This document shows, in pieces, positions 19,766-27,535 of a stretch of DNA of 64,000 bases. This DNA comes from an uncultured Eubacteriales bacterium. Lineage in GTDB: Bacteria > Bacillota > Clostridia > Christensenellales > Aristaeellaceae. Made by a program: the position numbers and the translations under genes. Positions within the stretch are counted from its first letter, which is position 1. Every line of letters starts with the position of its first letter. The notes under the pieces were generated by a model. It did not search any database. It was given only the letters and a program-made list of their open reading frames with translations, and was not told where the DNA came from. The stretch is taken from assembly GCA_902767565.1 (NCBI GenBank), contig CACXHY010000001.1, positions 166,217-230,216 of the forward strand, read 5' to 3'.

Positions 19766-19804
19766 AAAAACCAGAGGCCGTTTCTGTCGACCTCTGGTTT
19801 TTTA
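19766..19804. terminator. bidirectional rho-independent terminator between ppd (+) and the KH-domain gene (-)
   Basis: AAAAA-CCAGAGG...CCTCTGG-TTTTTTT hairpin flanked by an A-tract and a T-tract. Confidence 0.7.
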
Positions 19805-19832
19805 TTCCATAATCGTCGGATGGGATCCGCGA

Positions 19833-20126
19833 TCATTCCGCGTCTTCCTCCGCGCTGTCATCCGGAGAAATCACGTCCTCCGCCAGTTCTTCCAACGGGC
19901 GCTGGATCTCCACAAACACATGGGCGCCATCCTTGGGGGTGGCGGCCTTCACCACAGAGCGGATCGCCTTGGCGATGCGGCCCTGCTTTCCGATCACTTT
20001 GCCCATGTCTTCCTCGGCCACGTTCAGCTCCAGAATGGTCCCTTCCGGGCCCTCCGTCTTCTGCACGCGCACCTGCTCGGGATGATCCACCAAGGACTTT
20101 GCCACAAATGTGAGCAGTTCCTGCAT
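19833..20126 (-). CDS. KH domain RNA-binding protein (YlqC-like)
   Basis: VQKTEGPEGTILELNVAEEDMGKVIGKQGRIAKAIRSVV has the GxxG KH motif; conserved position downstream of rpsP. Confidence 0.8.
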   Translation of the reverse strand: MQELLTFVAKSLVDHPEQVRVQKTEGPEGTILELNVAEEDMGKVIGKQGRIAKAIRSVVKAATPKDGAHVFVEIQRPLEELAEDVISPDDSAEEDAE

Positions 20127-20144
20127 GGAGTCTCCTTTCTGAGC

Positions 20145-20390
20145 TTACTTCTCGATGACGCCGGTCTTCTTCAGCAGAAGGCGAACGGTATCGGTGGGCT
20201 GGGCACCGGCGCCGAGCCAGTACTTGGCGCGCTCGCCGTCGACCTTCACCTCGGCGGGCTTTTCCATGGGATTGTAGTAGCCGATCTCCTCGATGAAGCG
20301 GCCGTCGCGGGGGCTGCGCTCGTCAGCGATGACGATGCGGTAGAAGGGGTGCTTCTTCATGCCCATTCTCTTCAGACGAATCTTGACCAT
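20145..20390 (-). CDS. rpsP: 30S ribosomal protein S16
   Basis: [41 protein letters not shown]; the true start is the internal ATG at 20390. Confidence 0.92.
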   Translation of the reverse strand: MVKIRLKRMGMKKHPFYRIVIADERSPRDGRFIEEIGYYNPMEKPAEVKVDGERAKYWLGAGAQPTDTVRLLLKKTGVIEK

Positions 20391-20518
20391 TGGGTTGTTC
20401 CTCCTCGTGTCGTTGCACAAATTCTATTGATGAAACCGCTTTGCGGGATCAACCGGATCCATGAGATGCGGACCGCGAATCCGTCCGCCGCTCATCATTC
20501 TGAATCCTGAACCGTTGC

Positions 20519-21856
20519 TTACATTCCCATGCCCTTCATGTTCTTCATCATGGCGCGCATCTTCTTGCCGCCCTTGGCGCCCTGGAACTGCTTCATCATC
20601 TGGCGCGCCTGATCGAACTGGCGGATGAGGGTGTTGACATCCTGCACCGTGGTGCCGCTGCCGGCGGCGATGCGCTTGCGGCGGGAGGCGTTGAGGATGC
20701 CGGGATTGCGGCGCTCCTTCGGTGTCATGGAGCGGATGATGGCCTCGGGCTTCTTCATGGCGTCGTCGTCCACGTCGATGTCCTTGCCCGACATGCCGGG
20801 AAGCATGCCGATCATGGAACGGATGCCGCCCATCTTCTTCATGCGCTGCATCTGCTGCAGGAAGTCTTCCAGGGTGAGGTCGGTCAGCTTGGTCTTGTTG
20901 GCCAGGGCGTCCATGTCGTCCTCGGTAAAGGCCTCCTGGGCCTTGTCGATGAGGGACAGCACGTCGCCCATGCCGAGGATGCGGCTGGCCATGCGGTCAG
21001 GGTAGAAGGGCTCGATATCGGTGAGCTTCTCGCCGATGCCGGAGAACTTGATGGGCTTGCCGGTCACCTGCCGCACGGACAGGGCAGCGCCGCCGCGGGT
21101 ATCGCCGTCGAGCTTGGTGAGGATCACGCCGTCGATAGTCAGCTTCTCGTTGAAGGTGGTGGCCACGTTCACGGCGTCCTGACCGGTCATGGCATCCACC
21201 ACCAGCAGGATCTCCTGGGGTTTGACGGCCTCCTTCACCCGGGCCAGCTCGTCCATCAGGGCCACGTCGATGTGCAGGCGGCCGGCGGTGTCGATGATGA
21301 GGACGTCGCAGCCGTAGTATTTCGCCTGCTGCACGGCTTCCTGAGCCGTCCTGACCGGGTCCTGGGTGCCGTGCTCGTATACCCTCGCGCCGACCTTTTC
21401 GCCCACCACCTGCAGCTGTTTGATGGCCGCGGGGCGGTAGATATCGCAGGCCGCCAGCATGGGCTTCTTGCCCTGCCTGATGAGCCAGCCCGCCAGCTTG
21501 GCCGCCATGGTGGTCTTGCCCGCGCCCTGCAGGCCGCAGAGCATGTAGATCGTGGGTGTGGAGGGGGACCAGGTCAGCTTGGCCTGGGTGGAGCCCATCA
21601 GCTCGGTCATCTCTTCGTTGACGATCTTGATGACCTGCTGGCCCGGGGTCAGGGAGGACAGCACCTCCTGCCCCACGCACTTTTCGGTGACGCGCTTGAT
21701 GAAGTCCTTGGCGACGGTATAGTTGACGTCAGCTTCCAGCAGGGCCATACGGACCTCGCGCATGCCCTCCTTGACGGTCTGCTCGTTCAGCTTGCCCCTG
21801 CCCGTCATCTTCTTCAGGGCGTTCTGCAGTTTCTGGCTCAAGCCCTCAAAGGCCAT
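20519..21856 (-). CDS. ffh: signal recognition particle protein Ffh
   Basis: N-domain, G-domain (GLQGAGKTT, DTAGR) and Met-rich M-domain (MMKNMKGMGM) are present. Confidence 0.95.
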   Translation of the reverse strand: MAFEGLSQKLQNALKKMTGRGKLNEQTVKEGMREVRMALLEADVNYTVAKDFIKRVTEKCVGQEVLSSLTPGQQVIKIVNEEMTELMGSTQAKLTWSPSTPTIYMLCGLQGAGKTTMAAKLAGWLIRQGKKPMLAACDIYRPAAIKQLQVVGEKVGARVYEHGTQDPVRTAQEAVQQAKYYGCDVLIIDTAGRLHIDVALMDELARVKEAVKPQEILLVVDAMTGQDAVNVATTFNEKLTIDGVILTKLDGDTRGGAALSVRQVTGKPIKFSGIGEKLTDIEPFYPDRMASRILGMGDVLSLIDKAQEAFTEDDMDALANKTKLTDLTLEDFLQQMQRMKKMGGIRSMIGMLPGMSGKDIDVDDDAMKKPEAIIRSMTPKERRNPGILNASRRKRIAAGSGTTVQDVNTLIRQFDQARQMMKQFQGAKGGKKMRAMMKNMKGMGM

Positions 21857-22205
21857 TGCTTTCCTCCTGTTCCAGCCGGATGAGTTCGTCCAGCACGGTT
21901 TCGGCTTCGTTCAGGCGCCCGGCGGCCAGCGAAGCGCGGCACCGGATCAGCCCTTCCTCCACCCGTTGAAAGCGGGCGGCGAGGTGAAGCCTGTTTTCCA
22001 TGTCGCGCAGCTTCTCCGCGGCGCGGTTCAGGGTCTCGTGCACGCCCTGGCGGCTGATCCCGGTGGTCTCGGCGATTTCCGAGAGGGACATGTCCTCCTC
22101 GCAGTGCAGGCTCAGCACCCGCCGCTGGTTTTCCGTCAGCAGCGCCCCGTAAAAGGCCGCCAGCCACGCCAGTTCCACTTTGCGTCCGAGATCTTCCAGC
22201 GCCAT
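21846..22205 (-). CDS. ylxM: YlxM/UPF0122 putative DNA-binding protein
   Basis: Sigma-70 region-4-like HTH (LSLSEIAETTGISRQGVHETLNRA); overlaps the ffh start; ATG at 22205 (MALEDLGRK). Confidence 0.8.
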   Translation of the reverse strand: MALEDLGRKVELAWLAAFYGALLTENQRRVLSLHCEEDMSLSEIAETTGISRQGVHETLNRAAEKLRDMENRLHLAARFQRVEEGLIRCRASLAAGRLNEAETVLDELIRLEQEESNGL

Positions 22206-22217
22206 GCCGCACCTCAC

Positions 22218-22252
22218 TGTCAATGGCTTTCCATTGACACCTGCGCATTATA
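22218..22252 (-). promoter_or_regulatory. ylxM-ffh promoter -10 (TATAAT) with a perfect palindrome TGTCAATGG-N4-CCATTGACA between the -10 and the RBS (candidate operator)
   Basis: Minus strand reads GGGTATAATgcgcaggTGTCAATGGaaagCCATTGACAgtgaggtgcggcATG. Confidence 0.5.
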
Positions 22253-22313
22253 CCCCCGGGAAAGCCGGATGTCAAGGGGTGGACAGCGGAAAATGAAAAG
22301 ACACGGCCCGCCC

Positions 22314-22342
22314 TTGCATTGCCCGGGCAAACGTGCTATAAT
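22314..22342 (+). promoter_or_regulatory. tRNA-Ser promoter (TTGCAT-17-TGcTATAAT, extended -10)
   Basis: TTGCAT 22314-22319 and TATAAT 22337-22342, about 10 nt before the tRNA 5' end. Confidence 0.65.
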
Positions 22343-22353
22343 GCGCCTTGCCT

Positions 22354-22442
22354 GGAGCGGTATCGAAGTGGTCATAACGGCCCTGACTCGAAATCAGGTG
22401 ACGGGCAACCGTCCGTGGGTTCGAATCCCACCCGCTCCGCCA
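22354..22442 (+). tRNA. tRNA-Ser (anticodon CGA), 89 nt, long variable arm, CCA encoded
   Basis: Acceptor GGAGCGG/CCGCTCC; anticodon stem CCTGA/TCAGG with loop CTCGAAA; long variable arm; T-arm GTGGG-TTCGAAT-CCCAC; discriminator G plus CCA. Confidence 0.85.
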
Positions 22443-22449
22443 ACAATAA

Positions 22450-22480
22450 CCGCCCGGCACCCGGTTCCCGGGCGGTTTTT
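22450..22480 (+). terminator. rho-independent terminator after tRNA-Ser
   Basis: CCGCCCGG...CCGGGCGG stem followed by TTTTT. Confidence 0.75.
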
Positions 22481-22541
22481 GTGTGTTCAACGCAGGGAAG
22501 GGCTCTCGGGCGAACGCCCGGTGCGGGCATTGGGTGAAGCG

Positions 22542-23753
22542 ATGAAAGACGCAGCATTGACCGGTATTGAAACAAGGAAGAAGGCAGTCCGTTTCATCAC
22601 GGAACAGATCCGGCACGTTTGTACCCAGTTTCCGCCGCGGACTCCCGGGAGCGAAGGCGAGCATGCGGCGGCTGAATACATGGCGGAGATCCTCCGGAAT
22701 GAATGCGGCTGCCGGGTGAAGACAGAACGCTTTGATTTCCATCCCGGCGGTTTTTGGGGCTATCTCCGGTTCTGTGTGGTTCTGGATCTCCTGTGCGTGA
22801 TGACATTCTTTATGACGCCGTGGCTCAGTCTCTTCTTCGGGACGGTTTCCATGGCGCTGATGATCTCCGAATACATTCTTTATCGGGAGCCGATCGATCC
22901 GCTGTTCGCAAAAAGACAGGGGACAAACGTGACCGCGGTCCGACCCGCCGGGGATGCCGTCCGGCAGCGGATCCTGTTCACGGGCCACATGGACGCGGCA
23001 TGGGAAGCCACGCTCAGCTATCACATCAGCGGCACGTTCTACATCGTGCATGCGCTGCTTGCGACATCAGGCGTCCTGCTGTACTGCCTCTGGTCCGTGC
23101 TGGCCCTGGCCGGTGCCGGAGCCTGGGTCGATACGGCGGCAAAGATCAGTCTGGTGTTCCTGCTGATCTGGCCCGGCGTTTTGTTCTATTGCAACGGCCG
23201 CAGGACGGTGGACGGCGCGAACGACAACCTGACCGGCTGTTTCCTGTCCATCGCATTGATGAAGGCTTTGGAGGAATGCGATGTCCGGCTGGACCATACG
23301 GAGGTGGGCGTCGTTCTGACCGGAGCGGAGGAAGCCGGCCTGCGCGGTGCAAAGGCATGGGCAAAGGCTCACCGCGAGGCGTATCAGGACGTACCGACCT
23401 TTTTGTTCACGATCGATACGATCCATCATCCGCAGTTCCTGATGGTGAATCAGCGGGATATGAACGGGCTTGTCCGGAACGACCGGGAACTGGCCGATCT
23501 GTTTGTCAGCGCGGCGGATGAGCTGGATATCCCCTGCGGCAGAGGGAGCATCCCCATGATGGGCGGATCGACCGACAGCGCAGCCTTCCGGCAAGCGGGC
23601 TTCCGGTCCGTCAGCGTCGCGGGCATGGATCACCATCTGGAGGACTATTACCACACGCGCAGGGATACCTGCGACCGGATCGACCCGGAAGGGATCGGGA
23701 ACTGCTTTGCCGTGATGGCCCGTCTCCTGGAAAAAATGGACGGCATCCGCTGA
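22542..23753 (+). CDS. M28 family metallopeptidase with N-terminal transmembrane segments
   Basis: M28 zinc-ligand motifs (TGHMDAAWEA, NDNLTGC, GAEEAGLRG, HT..D) are present. The ORF-track N-terminal extension (21723-22541) runs through ylxM and the tRNA and is spurious. ATG at 22542. Confidence 0.75.
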   Translation: MKDAALTGIETRKKAVRFITEQIRHVCTQFPPRTPGSEGEHAAAEYMAEILRNECGCRVKTERFDFHPGGFWGYLRFCVVLDLLCVMTFFMTPWLSLFFGTVSMALMISEYILYREPIDPLFAKRQGTNVTAVRPAGDAVRQRILFTGHMDAAWEATLSYHISGTFYIVHALLATSGVLLYCLWSVLALAGAGAWVDTAAKISLVFLLIWPGVLFYCNGRRTVDGANDNLTGCFLSIALMKALEECDVRLDHTEVGVVLTGAEEAGLRGAKAWAKAHREAYQDVPTFLFTIDTIHHPQFLMVNQRDMNGLVRNDRELADLFVSAADELDIPCGRGSIPMMGGSTDSAAFRQAGFRSVSVAGMDHHLEDYYHTRRDTCDRIDPEGIGNCFAVMARLLEKMDGIR

Positions 23754-23767
23754 ACGATCCCCGGGCC

Positions 23768-24239
23768 ATGCAGCAGACGGAAAGGCGCGCATCCAGTGCC
23801 AGTGGACATCGGATGGGCTTCTCTCATGGCTACGGGGATACCCCGGACCAAGCCTGCAGCATCGAGGCCATCCGCAAAGCCTATGATTTCGGCTGCACGT
23901 TCTGCGACACGGCGGAAGCATGCGGCCCCAACCTGCTCCCGGAGTTCCGGGGCCACAACAGGCCCATCCTGGACCTGATCGGCCGATACACTGAGAAGAA
24001 ACAAGCCACCAACGCAGATCTCCCTGGCCTGGATGCTGCACAAATACCCGAACGTGGTGCCGATCCCCGGATCGAAAAACCAGGGCCGCATCCTTGAAAA
24101 CCTCGGCGCATGGAACGTCAGCCTGACCGATGACGAGTTCAAAGCGCTGGACGAGGCGCTCGATGCGATCCCGGTTTACGGCCATCGCGGGTTTGTACAG
24201 GTCGAAGGGTCGAAGATGAGCGACTGGGGCAAGAAGTGA
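23768..24239 (+). pseudogene. aldo/keto reductase pseudogene (N-terminally truncated, internal deletion/frameshift)
   Basis: Two frames carry AKR fragments: GFSHGYGDTPDQACSIEAIRKAYDFGCTFCDTAEACGPN (AKR N-terminal region) and ISLAWMLHKYPNVVPIPGSKNQGRILENLGAWNVSLTDDEFKALDEA (AKR C-terminal region). The ~150 aa in between is missing. Confidence 0.7.
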
Positions 24240-24321
24240 AAGAGCGGTCTCAGATGGCCCTTCGGCGCGCAGGAGCTTTGAAAAGCAGACGCAGCCGGCC
24301 AACGACAGCATAAGCACCGTC

Positions 24322-24364
24322 AAAACAGCCTCCTCCGGGCTTCTGTCCCGGAGGAGGCTGTTTG
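24322..24364. terminator. bidirectional rho-independent terminator
   Basis: AAAA-CAGCCTCCTCCGGG-cttctgt-CCCGGAGGAGGCTG-TTTG. Confidence 0.75.
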
Positions 24365-24432
24365 CGTGAGATGGAAGGCGTCCCGTTTGCACCGCGGATG
24401 CGGCACCGGGCAGCCCGTCTGTCCTGCGCGGA

Positions 24433-24960
24433 TCACTCCGCAGGGACAAAATCTATATCGCTGATAAAATCCACCAGCGCCTGCACTTCCGCATCGGTCA
24501 GCTGGTCACCGGTCATCACGAACTCCAGCTCGTAGCCCCGGTAGATCGTGTAGATGTCCACAAAGCCTTCGCCCGTCACCTTCAGCAGGCGGGTGCCGTA
24601 GGCCGTCTCCAGATCCTCAAAGACGACCTCTTCGTCCATCTCCCGGAAGCTGTCGCGGATCTCCTCCACGGTCGCCTCATCCACATCGTTGAAGCGCTCC
24701 ACGTCGGCGTATTCTTCATTATAGGCAATGGACACGGTCACGACCGTCCTGCCCTCTCCGGCCGTGAGGATGCCCACCAGGTTCAGCGCGGTATCGGCCA
24801 CGGGCATATAGGTGTAGCCTTCGGGCACCCGGGTCCGGATGCCGAAGGACCCGCCCACGTTCAGCGTGCCGATCTCGGTCTTCACGGTGTCCTCACCCAT
24901 AGCGCAAGCCGCGCACAGGACCATGACCAGGCCCAGCGTCAGCGCGATGATTCTCTTCAT
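24433..24960 (-). CDS. secreted/lipoprotein of unknown function (acidic)
   Basis: MKRIIALTLGLVMVLCAACAMG signal peptide. Confidence 0.5.
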   Translation of the reverse strand: MKRIIALTLGLVMVLCAACAMGEDTVKTEIGTLNVGGSFGIRTRVPEGYTYMPVADTALNLVGILTAGEGRTVVTVSIAYNEEYADVERFNDVDEATVEEIRDSFREMDEEVVFEDLETAYGTRLLKVTGEGFVDIYTIYRGYELEFVMTGDQLTDAEVQALVDFISDIDFVPAE

Positions 24961-24991
24961 GTTCGTTTATCTCCCTTCGAATGCTTTCGCT

Positions 24992-25591
24992 TCACTGCAC
25001 ATAGCTCTTGTAGATAAAGCCGACCATGCCGGTCGCGGGGTCGGTCACCTGGTACCAGTCCTTCAGCTCGGCAATGACCGTCAGCTCGTAGTTGCCGCCG
25101 AAGGTGGCCATGGCTTGCGCGTTCTTGCTGGGGAACCACCGCAGATACACCCAGCCGCTGGCCCGGGTGGGACGCACGGTCACCGTATAGGGCGTCACGG
25201 TCTTCGCGGACGCGGTCAGGGTATTCATCTGGGAGACCGTGGTCGCGTTCTTGGTGGTGAACTCATTCGCCGGCTTCTGCTGCGCGGCGTCGGCGTTGTA
25301 GGGAGCGGGCTTCTGCTTCACCAGATAGCGGTACATGACGTAGCCGGTGCGGTTGCCGTAATCCAGCATCGCCCAACCGTCCTTGTGGCCGTAGATGATG
25401 ATCCTTTGGCCGTATGCCAGCGAGCCGATGACATTGCCGTCATCCGCGGCATTCATGCTGGAGCGCACCAGCAGGGGCTTCCCGTTCTTCGTGTAGACGT
25501 ACATCTCCGTCCCCTGGCTTTCCGACAGGGCGGCGGAAACGAGAAGCATCAGCGTCATCGCGGCGAGTACCAGAGCGATCGTTTTTCTCAT
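24992..25591 (-). CDS. secreted protein with two bacterial SH3-like domains
   Basis: Signal peptide MRKTIALVLAAMTLMLLVSAALS; two SH3_3-like repeats (GYVMYRYL / VGFIYKSYV); start at internal ATG 25591. Confidence 0.55.
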   Translation of the reverse strand: MRKTIALVLAAMTLMLLVSAALSESQGTEMYVYTKNGKPLLVRSSMNAADDGNVIGSLAYGQRIIIYGHKDGWAMLDYGNRTGYVMYRYLVKQKPAPYNADAAQQKPANEFTTKNATTVSQMNTLTASAKTVTPYTVTVRPTRASGWVYLRWFPSKNAQAMATFGGNYELTVIAELKDWYQVTDPATGMVGFIYKSYVQ

Positions 25592-25888
25592 TTCAGGTCC
25601 TTCCTTTCCCGCGCTGCTCTCTCTACCGGAACCGCGGCGTCCATTCCTCCGCCGTTTTTGATCGCTCCGGCATGTTTCGCGCATCCGCATTTTACACCAG
25701 CAGTGTCCTGAAGTCAACCGTGTGTCCGTGCGTGATTTGGCTGCATGGACCCACGGAGGATCTTCCGTGTGGGCAGTTTCTTCGGCAAGGCGCTCATGGA
25801 TCAAAACGGAAAGCACCCCGAAGAAAAGAGAACCGGCGAACCGGCTCCCTTATGTGTGCCTTATGATGTCATCGGGCCCGAACGCGGA

Positions 25889-27364
25889 TCAGCCCTTCAG
25901 CTCCCCGTAGAGCTTCAGGTACAGGTCGGCGGAATGCTCCCAGGAGACATCCTTTTCCATGTCACGGAGCACGATGGCATCCCAGCGGCCGCGGTCCTCG
26001 AAGTACAGCCACTCCGCGCGGCGCACGGCGTCCAGCAGCAGGTCCGCCCGGTACCGGTCGAAGGTGAAGCCATTGCCCTCGCCGGTATACTCGTTGTAGG
26101 GCTCCACGGTGTCCTTCAGGCCGCCGGTCTCCCGGACGATCGGGATGGTGCCGTACCGCATGGCGATCAGCTGGGTCAGGCCGCAGGGCTCGAAGAGGCT
26201 GGGCACCAGCAGAGCGTCCGCGCCGGCGTATATCTGATGGGCCAGGCTTTCGTCGTACTTGATGTAAGCGCAGACCTGCCCCTTGTATGCGCTTTCGTAA
26301 TAGCGGAAGGCGTCCTCGTAGCGCGGATCGCCCGTGCCCAGGATCACCACCTGGATCCGCTCGTCCATCATCTCGGTGAAGATGGTGTTGATCAGGTCCA
26401 GACCCTTCTGGTCCGTCAGGCGGGAGATCAAGCCCACCACGAACTTGTCTTCGTCCACCGCCAGGCCCAGCCGCTCCTGCAGGGCCTTTTTGTTCAGCTT
26501 CTTGGCCTGCAGCGCGTTCTCTTCCCCGTATGCGGCGTGCAGCAGCTTGTCGGTCCTGCTGTTCCAGATATCGATGTCGATGCCGTTCACGATGCCCTTC
26601 AGTTTCTCCCGGTGATAGGAGAGGTGGCTGTTGAGGCCCTCGCCGTAGAAGTCGGTCTGGATCTCCCCCGCGTAGGTGTCGCTGACGGTGGTGATCCGGT
26701 CCGCGTAGGCCAGGCCGCCCTTGAACATGTTGGCCTCCCTGTCGTTGACCTTGAACACGGCATAGTCAAAGAGGTAGTCCGGCAGGCCGGTCCAGTATTT
26801 CAGATGCTCGATGCTGCAGATCCCCTGGAACCGCAGGTTGTGGATGGTGAGGACGCTGCGGGCGGCGCCGACGGGGGTCACGCTGAACAGCGTGCGCAGA
26901 TAGACGGGCACCAGCGCCGCCTGCCAGTCGTGGCAGTGGATCACGTCCGGGATCCAGTCCATGAAGTTGAGAGCGGCCAGGGCAGCCTTCGAGAAATAGC
27001 AGTACTTGGGGATGTCCTCCCACAGGCCGGTATAGGGGTTGCCCCAGTCAAAGAACTCCCGGTTGTCGATGAAATCATAGGTGACCCCGTCCAGTACCGA
27101 CTCCATGACGCCCACGTGATAGGTGCGGCCATCCTGGGTCAGATCCATCATGAAGGAGCCCCTCCAGACCATGCGCTCCTTGAACCTGTCGGGGATGCAG
27201 CGGTAGCAGGGCATGATCACCCGCACCTCGCAGCCCTCCCGCAGAAGGGCCCGGGGCAGGGCATACATCACATCCCCCAGGCCGCCGGTCTTGATGAAGG
27301 GATAGCACTCTGAGCCGATGAAAGCGACCTTCATGGCCCGATCCGCAAGCTTGCCGTTCGACAT
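25889..27364 (-). CDS. glgA: glycogen synthase (GT5, ADP-glucose type)
   Basis: KVAFIGSECYPFIKTGGLGDV... has the K-T-G-G-L motif. The start is either ATG 27364 (MSNGKLADRAMK..., strong RBS AGAAGGAG 8 nt upstream) or the canonical MKVAF at 27334 (no RBS). Confidence 0.85.
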   Translation of the reverse strand: MSNGKLADRAMKVAFIGSECYPFIKTGGLGDVMYALPRALLREGCEVRVIMPCYRCIPDRFKERMVWRGSFMMDLTQDGRTYHVGVMESVLDGVTYDFIDNREFFDWGNPYTGLWEDIPKYCYFSKAALAALNFMDWIPDVIHCHDWQAALVPVYLRTLFSVTPVGAARSVLTIHNLRFQGICSIEHLKYWTGLPDYLFDYAVFKVNDREANMFKGGLAYADRITTVSDTYAGEIQTDFYGEGLNSHLSYHREKLKGIVNGIDIDIWNSRTDKLLHAAYGEENALQAKKLNKKALQERLGLAVDEDKFVVGLISRLTDQKGLDLINTIFTEMMDERIQVVILGTGDPRYEDAFRYYESAYKGQVCAYIKYDESLAHQIYAGADALLVPSLFEPCGLTQLIAMRYGTIPIVRETGGLKDTVEPYNEYTGEGNGFTFDRYRADLLLDAVRRAEWLYFEDRGRWDAIVLRDMEKDVSWEHSADLYLKLYGELKG

Positions 27365-27535
27365 GTCTGACGCTCCTTCTCTTTTACTGTCGTTGTGTGG
27401 TCCCGGTGATTTCACTATACCCCATCGGGCGGAATCGTTCAATAGGAAGATCGGAAACGGACCTCGTCAGCCTCTTTGTCCGCGGGGTATCGGTCCCGCA
27501 GCATCTTCATCTTCCCATGGCCTTGCGTCCGTGCG

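Noticed and set aside
21723-22541. N-terminal 270-aa extension of the M28 peptidase ORF in the six-frame track
   Set aside because: The extension runs through ylxM on the other strand, the tRNA-Ser gene and its terminator. The genuine start is ATG 22542 (MKDAALTG...).
22354-27535. tRNA-Ser as an integration site for a mobile element carrying the downstream genes
   Set aside because: tRNA 3' ends are classic integrase targets. I found no integrase/recombinase gene, no direct repeat of the tRNA 3' end downstream, and the adjacent genes (M28 peptidase, glgA) look like housekeeping.
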